The notes beneath the pieces were generated by a model. The model was not told the origin of the DNA and made no database searches. It was given only the letters and a program-made list of their open reading frames with translations. Below, piece by piece: positions 26,460 through 34,059 of a stretch of 35,755 bases of DNA; within the stretch, counting starts at the first letter, position 1, and every line of letters starts with the position of its first letter. The stretch is from a bacterium. Its GTDB lineage: Bacteria > Eisenbacteria > RBG-16-71-46. Where the stretch lies: contig JAYWEM010000138.1 in NCBI GenBank assembly GCA_043779265.1, forward strand, positions 1 through 35,755. Direction: 5' to 3'. A program made the position numbers and the translations under genes.

Positions 26460-28439
26460 ATGCGCATCCGGCTCCAGTCCAGGCGAGTGTCACTCCGACT
26501 CCTCGCCACGCTCGTCTTCGCAGGCTCCGTGCTCGCGCCGGATCCATCCCGCGCCGGGGACTGCGGCATCCTCGTGAGCACGTCCGGAACGAACTCCCCG
26601 ACGTGCGGCGAATCGGCGCTTTCGCCCTGTCGCACGATCCTGTACGGCATCACCCGCGCATCGTCGTCCCCCTCGCGATGCGTCTACGTCCAGGCCGGCA
26701 CCTACAATGAGGTCCTCGTCCTGCCGCAAGGGACGAGCGTTGTCGGCGGCTTCAACGCGTCGTGGACCGCGGGGCCGTACGACTCTCCCGGGCACGAAGT
26801 TCGTGTGATCGGTGGACTCGACAACGCTGTCGGCGGCACGAACGAGTTCCTGACCGTCCGAGTCGAAGGCTACGACCTTCTCGGCGCACACTCGCGGATC
26901 GCCGAGTTGGTGCTGGTCGGAGCCAACGCGGTTGGCGTCGTGGCGTCGGGCGCCGGCAGACCGAGCACGGTGGTGCACGTGCGACAGGGCCTGCTCGCTT
27001 TGGAGCGCGTGCGGTTGATCGCAGGCGATGGTGCGGCCGGTGTAACCGGCAGCGCCGGAGTGGATGCGTCCAGTCTCAGCACCGCGCCGGCGGGCACAGC
27101 TGGAGGACCAGGAGTCGAGCAAGTCGATTGCAACGGGACATCGCGAGGCGCGTCCGGACCGGCGGGCACCAACTCCTGCGCGGCATCCCCGAGTTCGCGG
27201 AACATGAACGGTGGTGCGGGTGGTGCTGGCGGCAAGATGGACAATAGCTGTCCCTTCGATCTCACTGCGACGCCGGGGCTCTCGGGCACCGCTGCCGCGT
27301 ACGTCGGCGGTGCTTTCGGACTTTCAGGACCGGGAGGCCCCGCCAATGCCTCCAATTGCAACAGCGGGGGTGGGACCCCGGGCGGTGATGGTGCGGCCGG
27401 TCAGCTGGCCAATGGAATCGCTGGCCCTGGTGGGGCGGGAGGCGCGCTCTCGCTCGGGCAGTTCTGGTACGCCTCGAATGGGCTCTCGGGCGGAACCGGG
27501 CAGAACGGCGGCGGCGGTGGCGGTGGCGGCGGCGGCGGCGGCTGCGACTCGGGCACCGATTCCTGGGGCCCGGGAGGTGGCGGCGGAGGAGCAGGTGGTT
27601 GCGCCGCGAGAGCGGGTGGTTCGGGAGGCGGAAGTGGTGGATCGAGCATCGGACTGCTCGTCGCGCAAAGTTCGAGCGTCGATGTCCTCGACTGCGAGTT
27701 CTGGAGAGGTGACGCAAGCCGAGGCGGCGCGGGTGGAATCGGTGGGAGAGGGCAGTCGGGCGGCGCAGGCGGTCTGAGTGGCTTACATGAGAGTGCCTCG
27801 GCCGCGGGAGTCGGCGGCAAGGGAGCGCACGGCGGTCATGGCGGGGGCGGGGGCGGCGGAGCAGGCGGAACGTCCTGCGGCATCCTGAAGACCTCGGGAT
27901 CCGTCGTCACCGTGGCCGGCGCCGCTTTCTCAGGTGGCACGGCAGGCGCGGGTGGCGCAGGCGGCATCTCGGCGCCGACCGCGCCGATCGCGGACGATGA
28001 CGGCCAGGACGGGGCCGTCGGCTCGGCTGGCCAGTTGCTCACGGTCCTGACCGTCGTCGGCGCTGAGCCCAGTGGAATCGCCCGGGCCGCGACGAGCGGC
28101 GGGCCCGTGGTGGTCTGTGACCTCCCGTGTGCGCTGGATGCACCGACGGCGGGTGCCCCCGTCGACCTCTCGTTCGCAGGTGCTGCCCCGAATCCGATCC
28201 GGAACGGGTGCCTCATCCGCTTCGGTCTGCCGGAAGCTGCCGAGGTCCGACTCGAGGTGTTCGATCTCGGCGGTCGCCGCGTGCGCTCGTTGATCGATGG
28301 CGAGTTCCCCGCTGGCTCGCACGCCGTGCGCTGGGATGGGAGACGCGATGATGGCGGACGCGCTGCTGCCGGCGTCTACCATCTCCGGTTCTCGACACTC
28401 GATCGCACGTTCAGCCGGACCGCCATCCTCGAGAACTGA
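26460..28439 (+). CDS. Secreted glycine-rich, Cys-containing protein with a FlgD-Ig/T9SS-type CTD
   Basis: GGAGG then ATG 26460; signal peptide; VSTSG....CG....PCRTI..G (DUF1565-like start); long GGxGG region; CTD APNP..FDLGGRRVR.L..WDGR..GVY. Confidence 0.85.
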   Translation: MRIRLQSRRVSLRLLATLVFAGSVLAPDPSRAGDCGILVSTSGTNSPTCGESALSPCRTILYGITRASSSPSRCVYVQAGTYNEVLVLPQGTSVVGGFNASWTAGPYDSPGHEVRVIGGLDNAVGGTNEFLTVRVEGYDLLGAHSRIAELVLVGANAVGVVASGAGRPSTVVHVRQGLLALERVRLIAGDGAAGVTGSAGVDASSLSTAPAGTAGGPGVEQVDCNGTSRGASGPAGTNSCAASPSSRNMNGGAGGAGGKMDNSCPFDLTATPGLSGTAAAYVGGAFGLSGPGGPANASNCNSGGGTPGGDGAAGQLANGIAGPGGAGGALSLGQFWYASNGLSGGTGQNGGGGGGGGGGGGCDSGTDSWGPGGGGGGAGGCAARAGGSGGGSGGSSIGLLVAQSSSVDVLDCEFWRGDASRGGAGGIGGRGQSGGAGGLSGLHESASAAGVGGKGAHGGHGGGGGGGAGGTSCGILKTSGSVVTVAGAAFSGGTAGAGGAGGISAPTAPIADDDGQDGAVGSAGQLLTVLTVVGAEPSGIARAATSGGPVVVCDLPCALDAPTAGAPVDLSFAGAAPNPIRNGCLIRFGLPEAAEVRLEVFDLGGRRVRSLIDGEFPAGSHAVRWDGRRDDGGRAAAGVYHLRFSTLDRTFSRTAILEN

Positions 28440-28477
28440 CGCGCTCGAGCGGCCTGTTGCACTAGTATCGTGCTCCG

Positions 28478-28942
28478 ATGGGAACCTCACCGCACGTCTA
28501 CGTGGATGCCGATGCCTGCCCGGTCAAGACCGAGGTGTTCAAGGTGGCGGCGCGTCACGAGCTGCAGACGACGCTGGTCGCGGCCAACTGGATGCGCATC
28601 CCGGCGGATCTGCGGATCGACTTGGTGGTGGTGGACCAGGGTTTCGATGCGGCGGATGACTGGATCGCCGAGCGCGCACAGGCGGGCGACATCGTGGTGA
28701 CCGCCGACATCCCACTGGCCTCACGCTGCATCGCCAAGGGCGCCGCTGCCATCGGCACCACCGGGCGGCCATTCACCGAGGACAACATCGGCGATGCCGT
28801 GGCGACGCGGAATCTGCTCGCCGACCTGAGAGGCGCGGGCGAGCAGACCAAGGGTCCGGCGGCGTTCACGGCACGCGATCGGTCGCAGTTCCTGCAGGCG
28901 CTGGAGTCCGCGGTGCAGGCTTCGCTGCGAGCGAGGCGCTGA
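28478..28942 (+). CDS. YaiI/YqxD (DUF188) family protein
   Basis: VYVDADACPVK, DAADDWI, GDIVVTADIPLA and DRSQFLQAL motifs. Confidence 0.93.
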   Translation: MGTSPHVYVDADACPVKTEVFKVAARHELQTTLVAANWMRIPADLRIDLVVVDQGFDAADDWIAERAQAGDIVVTADIPLASRCIAKGAAAIGTTGRPFTEDNIGDAVATRNLLADLRGAGEQTKGPAAFTARDRSQFLQALESAVQASLRARR

Positions 28943-29047
28943 CGGACGAGACTTCACTTCATATCTTGGGGCGTCGGCTGGTCCGAACGACCGTCTCGTC
29001 ATTGACTGCTTGACCCGCTTCGCCGCCACGCCCGATGCTCGGTCCCC

Positions 29048-29335
29048 ATGGACCGTACGAAGGCCATCACCATCCACGTCCCGACGCTGTTGCGCGATGG
29101 CTGCGCGGGAGCGCGCGAACTCGAGTCCTCCGGCATGAGCGTGCGCGCCGTGCTCGAGGATCTCGAGCTTCGCTTCCCGGCGGTCTATCGGGGCGTGTGT
29201 GATGAAACCGGAATCGTGCGGCGCCACGTGAACCTGTTCGTGAACACGGACCACATCCGCGACTGTGATGGTCTCGACACGGCGCTGCAGCCCGGTGACG
29301 AGGTGACGATCCTGCCCGCGGTCTCGGGAGGTTGA
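29048..29335 (+). CDS. MoaD/ThiS-family ubiquitin-like protein
   Basis: 95 aa; RRHVNLFVN and GDEVTILPAVSGG with terminal Gly-Gly. Confidence 0.92.
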   Translation: MDRTKAITIHVPTLLRDGCAGARELESSGMSVRAVLEDLELRFPAVYRGVCDETGIVRRHVNLFVNTDHIRDCDGLDTALQPGDEVTILPAVSGG

Positions 29336-29337
29336 GC

Positions 29338-30450
29338 ATGGCGGAGCGAGTGTTCCTCACCATCGGCACCAAGAAGGGTCTGTTCGTCGCCGAGTCGTCC
29401 AAGACGCGCGGCAAGTTCGAACTGCGGGGCCCGTTCGCCGAGGGCGTCGATGTGTACGCGACCTTGGTGGACACGCGCGGCAAGCCCAAGATCTACGCTT
29501 CGAGCTGCAATCCGTTCTTCGGCATGAAGGTGCTGCGCTCGACCGACATGGGGCACACGTTCAAGCCGACCAAGTCCGCGCCCGAGTTCGCCAAGGACGA
29601 CGGCCGCGCGCTCGCCAACATCTGGTCGCTCGAGATGGGCGCAGGCAAGAAGGACCTGCTGTGCGGCGTCGAGCCTGCCGCGCTGTTCCGCAGCGAGGAC
29701 GGCGGCGACAGTTGGGCGATGGTGCCCGGCATCAGCGATCACGAGCACGCGCGCAAGTGGCAGCCCGGCAACGGCGGCCTGTGCATGCACACGATTCTCC
29801 GTGACGGCGACCGCGTGCATCTCGGGATCTCGACCGGCGGTCACTACGTGAGCGAGGACGGTGGCCGCACGTTCCGCGCTGCCAACACCGGCGTCGGCGC
29901 CGGCTTCCAGCCCGATCCCTACCCCGAGTTCGGTCAATGCGTGCACAAGATCGTCGGGCACAAGGACGCTCCCGGTCGGCTCTACATGCAGAACCATGGC
30001 GGCTGGGCGGAGTGGGATGGCCCCGGCGGTCCGCGCCCCGACATCGGTGTGCTGCGAAGCGACGACCACGGCAACTCGTGGCGCTCGATCGCCAAGGGCC
30101 TGCCGTCGGACTTCGGCTTCCCGATCGCGGTGAATCCGCACGACCCCGACACGATCTACGTGGTGCCGCTCGAGCCCGCGACGCGCACCTGCCCAGGTGG
30201 CGTGCCCGCCGTGTGGCGCAGCGAGAACGGCGGCGGCTCGTGGAAGAAGCTCACGAAGGGCCTGCCCAAGAAGGACAGCTTCTTCACGGTGCTGCGAGAC
30301 GCCATGGACTTCGATGACCTGAAGACCCCCGCGCTCTACTTCGGCACCACCACCGGGCAGTTGTGGATGGGCCGAGATGGCGGCGAGGAGTGGAGCTGCG
30401 TGTTCGAGTCACTGCCGCCGATCCACTGCGTGAAGGCGACGGTGGTGTAG
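29338..30450 (+). CDS. BNR/Asp-box beta-propeller protein (WD40/YVTN/BNR-like)
   Basis: IGTKKGLF start; Asp-box repeats RSTDMGHTF, RSEDGGDSW, SEDGGRTF, RSDDHGNSW and RSENGGGSW; LYFGTTTG; no signal peptide. Confidence 0.88.
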   Translation: MAERVFLTIGTKKGLFVAESSKTRGKFELRGPFAEGVDVYATLVDTRGKPKIYASSCNPFFGMKVLRSTDMGHTFKPTKSAPEFAKDDGRALANIWSLEMGAGKKDLLCGVEPAALFRSEDGGDSWAMVPGISDHEHARKWQPGNGGLCMHTILRDGDRVHLGISTGGHYVSEDGGRTFRAANTGVGAGFQPDPYPEFGQCVHKIVGHKDAPGRLYMQNHGGWAEWDGPGGPRPDIGVLRSDDHGNSWRSIAKGLPSDFGFPIAVNPHDPDTIYVVPLEPATRTCPGGVPAVWRSENGGGSWKKLTKGLPKKDSFFTVLRDAMDFDDLKTPALYFGTTTGQLWMGRDGGEEWSCVFESLPPIHCVKATVV

Positions 30451-30457
30451 CCCTCTC

Positions 30458-30635
30458 TGCCAACAGGCTTGAGACACCGCACCCTTGGAAGTCTTGTGTA
30501 GCGTGCGACCTTGGAGTCGAGCATGTCGACGATGATGGTGGAGGGCCTGCCGTTGGCGCAGGAGACCGAGGTGATGGCGACGGCCCGGCGGCGGCGGTTC
30601 ATGCCGCCGAGAAGCTCCGGGTGCTGCGCGAGGCG
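30458..30635 (+). mobile_element. Degenerate IS3-family remnant (left end plus frameshifted orfA start)
   Basis: From ATG 30523: ..ETEVMATARRRRF, then after a 1-nt shift AAEKLRVLREA, matching the IS3-type OrfA HTH start (RRxFxxExKLRxLxEA). Upstream TGCCAACAGGCTTGAGACAC resembles an IS end. Confidence 0.65.
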
Positions 30636-30876
30636 TGGATGGCCCGCAATCCACGATGGAGGCGCTCGACCCGTACGCCGTCATCTGCCGCGTGCGACGG
30701 GTCAGCCGGCGGTGCCTCGAGGCGCTTGCCGGAAGCGGAGTCACACTCGGGGCGAAGCGGTGAACCTGCCCCTGCGGAAGGCTGCCCCGCCGTTCGATCT
30801 CGAATGCTATGCTTGAAGCGTGATGGAACGCCGCCGTGGCCGACCCCGGCGCGGCTGGCGTCTTCAGGAGGACAGC

Positions 30877-32004
30877 ATGGTGAGAGGTTGCGGGCTGAAC
30901 TTCGCCGGTGTCGCGATGCTTGTGACATTCGCCAGTCCAGTGTTCGGTGCGAGCACCGCGTTCAGGATCGACGACCTCGACCTCCGCGACCCTCATCTGT
31001 ATTTTACCCTTCTGGGGTGCCGGGATGTCACTGACATCTCGCTGAACGGGTTCGCATTCAACAGCGATCTCCAGACGCGATTGCAGACCGATGGTGACTC
31101 GGATGGATATCTCGATCTGAGTCTGCTCATTGTGTTCGATCCGCTCGATCAGTCCGCTACGGGTGGCCGGATCCGGTTCGGTGCATCAAGTTGCGCCACG
31201 CCCCTGGGATCCACGACCTGCGGTCCGATCCCCTCGGAGCAACTCGTTGGCCTGCTGGCGGTGAATGGCTCGTCCGGCTCATGCCTCGCGACCCTGCCCA
31301 ACACCGTGCGCCCGTACAATCCCTCGGTCACAGGGTCGAACGCGCCGTGTTTCGCGTCGGATGCGATGGACCTGCTCCTTGATCTGAAGACGGTCGTCCT
31401 TCCGCTCAAGTCGGCGCGAATCGCCGCAGTGTATTCCGGGTCGCCCGGAACCGAGCTCGTGAGCGGACTGATCCGAGGGTTTCTGACTCAAACGGACGCG
31501 GACAACACGGTGATATCGGCGAGCACTCCGCTGATCGGCGGCATGCTGCTCGCTTCACTGCTCCCAGGTGGGGATCCGCCCGGGCCGAACAACACGAGTT
31601 GTGCTTCGTTCAGTGACAAGGATGTCGGGCCGGACGGGGTCACTCAAGGTTGGTGGATGTACTTCAACTTCAGGGCCAGCCTCGTGCCGTATGCCGGCCC
31701 TCACGTCGGCGTGTACGAGGATGCGGAGCGCCCGCGAGCGATCTCGGCTCTGCCCAACCCGTTCCGTTCTCATGTGACTTTGGATTGCTGGCTCGCGCGC
31801 GAGGGGCCCGCTCGCATTGGCGTATTCGACCTGTCGGGGCGGGAGGTCGCAGAGCTCGCGAGCGGACGATTGGCTGCGGGACCGCATCGGTTGATTTGGG
31901 ATGGCCGACGCACGGGTGAGCTGCCCACTTCGCCCGGCCTTTACATGGTCCGCGTCTCCAGCAATGGACGCAGCATCTCGAAGCGGATCGTCCTGCTGCG
32001 TTAG
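30877..32004 (+). CDS. Secreted protein of unknown function with a FlgD-Ig/T9SS-type CTD
   Basis: AGGAGG then ATG 30877; signal peptide ending VFGA; Cys-containing body with DGDSDGYLD; CTD LPNPF..FDLSGREV..WDGR..GLYMVR..KRIVLLR. Confidence 0.85.
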   Translation: MVRGCGLNFAGVAMLVTFASPVFGASTAFRIDDLDLRDPHLYFTLLGCRDVTDISLNGFAFNSDLQTRLQTDGDSDGYLDLSLLIVFDPLDQSATGGRIRFGASSCATPLGSTTCGPIPSEQLVGLLAVNGSSGSCLATLPNTVRPYNPSVTGSNAPCFASDAMDLLLDLKTVVLPLKSARIAAVYSGSPGTELVSGLIRGFLTQTDADNTVISASTPLIGGMLLASLLPGGDPPGPNNTSCASFSDKDVGPDGVTQGWWMYFNFRASLVPYAGPHVGVYEDAERPRAISALPNPFRSHVTLDCWLAREGPARIGVFDLSGREVAELASGRLAAGPHRLIWDGRRTGELPTSPGLYMVRVSSNGRSISKRIVLLR

Positions 32005-32038
32005 CCGTCGTGCCCCGACGGTTCCTGGTGGCTCGAGG

Positions 32039-32327
32039 TGAACCGCACCGGGCCGGAGAGCTCGTTACGTTAGTACTTCAGCTTCCAGCTCTCGGTGACC
32101 GGATTCCGACGGCTGCCCCTGCGACCCCGGCCTCGGACTCATCCCGACGCCTGATCGCAGCTCAGTGGCGATTCTGTGTCGGTTCCGTCCGGTCCGGGCT
32201 CGCGATCATGATACGCCTGCCCGAACTCGGTCGGCGGCACAGGCTCGAGCGGTGCCAGGAGGCGGTGCTGATCGAACCACGACACCCATTCGAGCGTCGC
32301 GAATTCGACATCCTTCAGTGCGCGCCA
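32039..32327 (-). mobile_element. IS3-family (IS51/IS629-like) transposase C-terminal remnant with possible degenerate IR
   Basis: WRALKDVEFATLEWVSWFDQHRLLAPLEPVPPTEFGQAYH (~32205-32327) matches the OrfB C-terminus. TGAACCGCACCGGG-CCGGAGAG at 32039-32060 resembles the TGAACCGCCCCGG end of this group. Confidence 0.7.
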
Positions 32328-32400
32328 AGTGTGAACGAACAAGTGAAAGTGGCCTTTCCGAACTTTGAAAGTCATCTAGAGGACCACCTCTGTGCGCTCC

Positions 32401-33201
32401 TGCGCATTTCGGCCATCGTGAACAGCCAGATCGGGATCGTGAACACCGAGCGGCGTGCACGTGGTCGGAGCGGAGCGACGCCGGGGTGTCAGGCGTCGAG
32501 TCGAGCGTCCACCTTTCGCCGTGACGGTCCCTTCAGGGCGATCCTGTGGGCGTTGTGGAGCAGCCGGTCGCAGATGGCATCGGCCACGGTAGCCTCGCCG
32601 ACATGATCGTGCCAGTGCTCCGTGGCGAGCTGGCTGGTGAGGATGGTCGAGCGGGTCCCGTAGCGGTCCTCGAAGATCTCGAGCAGGTCGCGTCGGTCCT
32701 GGTCGCGCAGTGGCGCCAGGCCCCAGTCGTCGATCACGAGCACGTCGATGCGCGCGAGGCGTGCGAGCAGTCGGACGTAGCTGCCGTCGGCGTGGGCCAG
32801 GGTCAGCTCCTCGAACAGACGTGGCAGCCGGCGGTAGAGCGCGCGGTAGCCGGAGCGACAGGCCTGATGTGCGAGTGCGCAGGCGATGAACGTCTTGCCG
32901 GTGCCGGTGGGCCCGGTGATGGCGATGTTGTGGTGCTCGCGGATCCAGTGGCCGGTGGCGAGCTGGCGGATCTGGGCCTTGTCGAGCATGCGCCGCGCGG
33001 GATAGTCGACGGCTTCGAGACTGGCCTGCGAGAGCCGCAACCGCGCCTCGGCGAGCGCGCGCTGCATGCGGCGGTTCTCGCGTGCGAGCCACTGGGCATC
33101 GACGAGCAGCCCGAAGCGTTCATCGAACGTGAGTGCATCGTGGTCGGTGCGGCTCTGCTGGTCCCGCCATGCGGCGGCCATGGCGTCCAGGCGCAGGGCC
33201 G
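32401..33201 (-). mobile_element. IS21-family element 1, right-hand part (interrupted by element 2)
   Basis: Terminus TGCGCATTTCGGCC with ATCGTGAACA repeated at 32415-32424 and 32436-32445, downstream of an istB. Confidence 0.85.
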
Positions 33202-33220
33202 TGTCGGTTTTCAGAACCAT
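32489..33220 (-). CDS. istB: IS21 helper ATPase IstB of element 1; native 5' end displaced at 33201, in-frame ATG supplied by the end of element 2
   Basis: LTFDERFGLLVD, Walker A GPTGTGKT, Walker B VLVIDDWG, STILTSQ and ADAICDRL. Confidence 0.85.
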   Translation of the reverse strand: MVLKTDTALRLDAMAAAWRDQQSRTDHDALTFDERFGLLVDAQWLARENRRMQRALAEARLRLSQASLEAVDYPARRMLDKAQIRQLATGHWIREHHNIAITGPTGTGKTFIACALAHQACRSGYRALYRRLPRLFEELTLAHADGSYVRLLARLARIDVLVIDDWGLAPLRDQDRRDLLEIFEDRYGTRSTILTSQLATEHWHDHVGEATVADAICDRLLHNAHRIALKGPSRRKVDARLDA

Positions 33221-33285
33221 GGGACCCCGGATTTGCAGAACCATTCCCCCCCGGATCCCTCACCGCGTGACGGGTGGAACGTCGT

Positions 33286-34059
33286 CTATGCAGCCTCCTG
33301 TTGTCCAGAGCCGAGCTTGGGCTTGAGGCGTGGTCGGTACGACTCGCCCTCGATGACGAGGTCATAGGAGTTGCTGGTGAAGCGGTCGATGGCGCTCTGG
33401 GCGCGCATCGGATCGGCGAAGGTGGCGAGCCACTCGTCGGGGCCGCGGTTCGAGGTGACGATCATGGAGCCGAGGCGGTGGCGCTCGGTGAGGATCTCGT
33501 AGGCATCGCGGCTCTCGGTGGGATCCATGGCGTCGAGGCCGAAGTCGTCGACGATCAACAGCTCGACCGCGATCAGCTTGCGCATCTCGGCCTCGTAGGT
33601 GCGATCCAGCCGGGCATGCTGGAGCGTCTTGAGCATCTGGTCGGCGCGCACCGCGAGCACCGAAGCGCCGCGACGACAGGCGATGTGGCCGAGCGCATGC
33701 GCGAGGAAGGTCTTGCCCACCCCGACGTGGCCGACGATGGCGACGTGGGCGTGCGCCTCAAGGAAGCGCAGCGAGACGAGCTCGTTCAGGAGCGCGTGGT
33801 CGTAGGTGACCTGTGCGGTGGGATCCCAGGCCTCGAGTTGGAGCGCCGGGTCGAGCCGGGCGCGCTGGGCACGGGTGACCGTCGCCTGCCCGTCGCGGCG
33901 GGAGACTTCGTCGCCCAGGGCCAGCAGCAGGAAGTCGGCGTGCGGCATCTTCTGCGCTCGTGCGAGCACCAGGCGCTCGGGCAGGGTGTCGATGATGCGG
34001 CCCAGTCGCAGGCGCTTGAGCGCCGCCTTGAGATCGGAGCTGACCGGATCGGGTGTCAT
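33286..34059 (-). CDS. istB: IS21 helper ATPase IstB of element 2
   Basis: Start MTPDPV after GAAGGAG, ATGA overlap with istA; GHVGVGKT, LLIVDDFG, IVTSNR, SAIDRF and IEGESYR. Confidence 0.93.
   Translation of the reverse strand: MTPDPVSSDLKAALKRLRLGRIIDTLPERLVLARAQKMPHADFLLLALGDEVSRRDGQATVTRAQRARLDPALQLEAWDPTAQVTYDHALLNELVSLRFLEAHAHVAIVGHVGVGKTFLAHALGHIACRRGASVLAVRADQMLKTLQHARLDRTYEAEMRKLIAVELLIVDDFGLDAMDPTESRDAYEILTERHRLGSMIVTSNRGPDEWLATFADPMRAQSAIDRFTSNSYDLVIEGESYRPRLKPKLGSGQQEAA

Noticed and set aside
27507..27545. GGC/GGT triplet run as a microsatellite or PE-PGRS gene
   Set aside because: It is an in-frame poly-Gly tract with mixed codons. There is no PE domain, and the protein has a Sec signal and CTD.
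30640..30870. Possible riboswitch or ncRNA in the gap before the CTD gene
   Set aside because: I could not match a known RNA motif or a convincing conserved structure by eye; an Infernal/Rfam scan would be needed.
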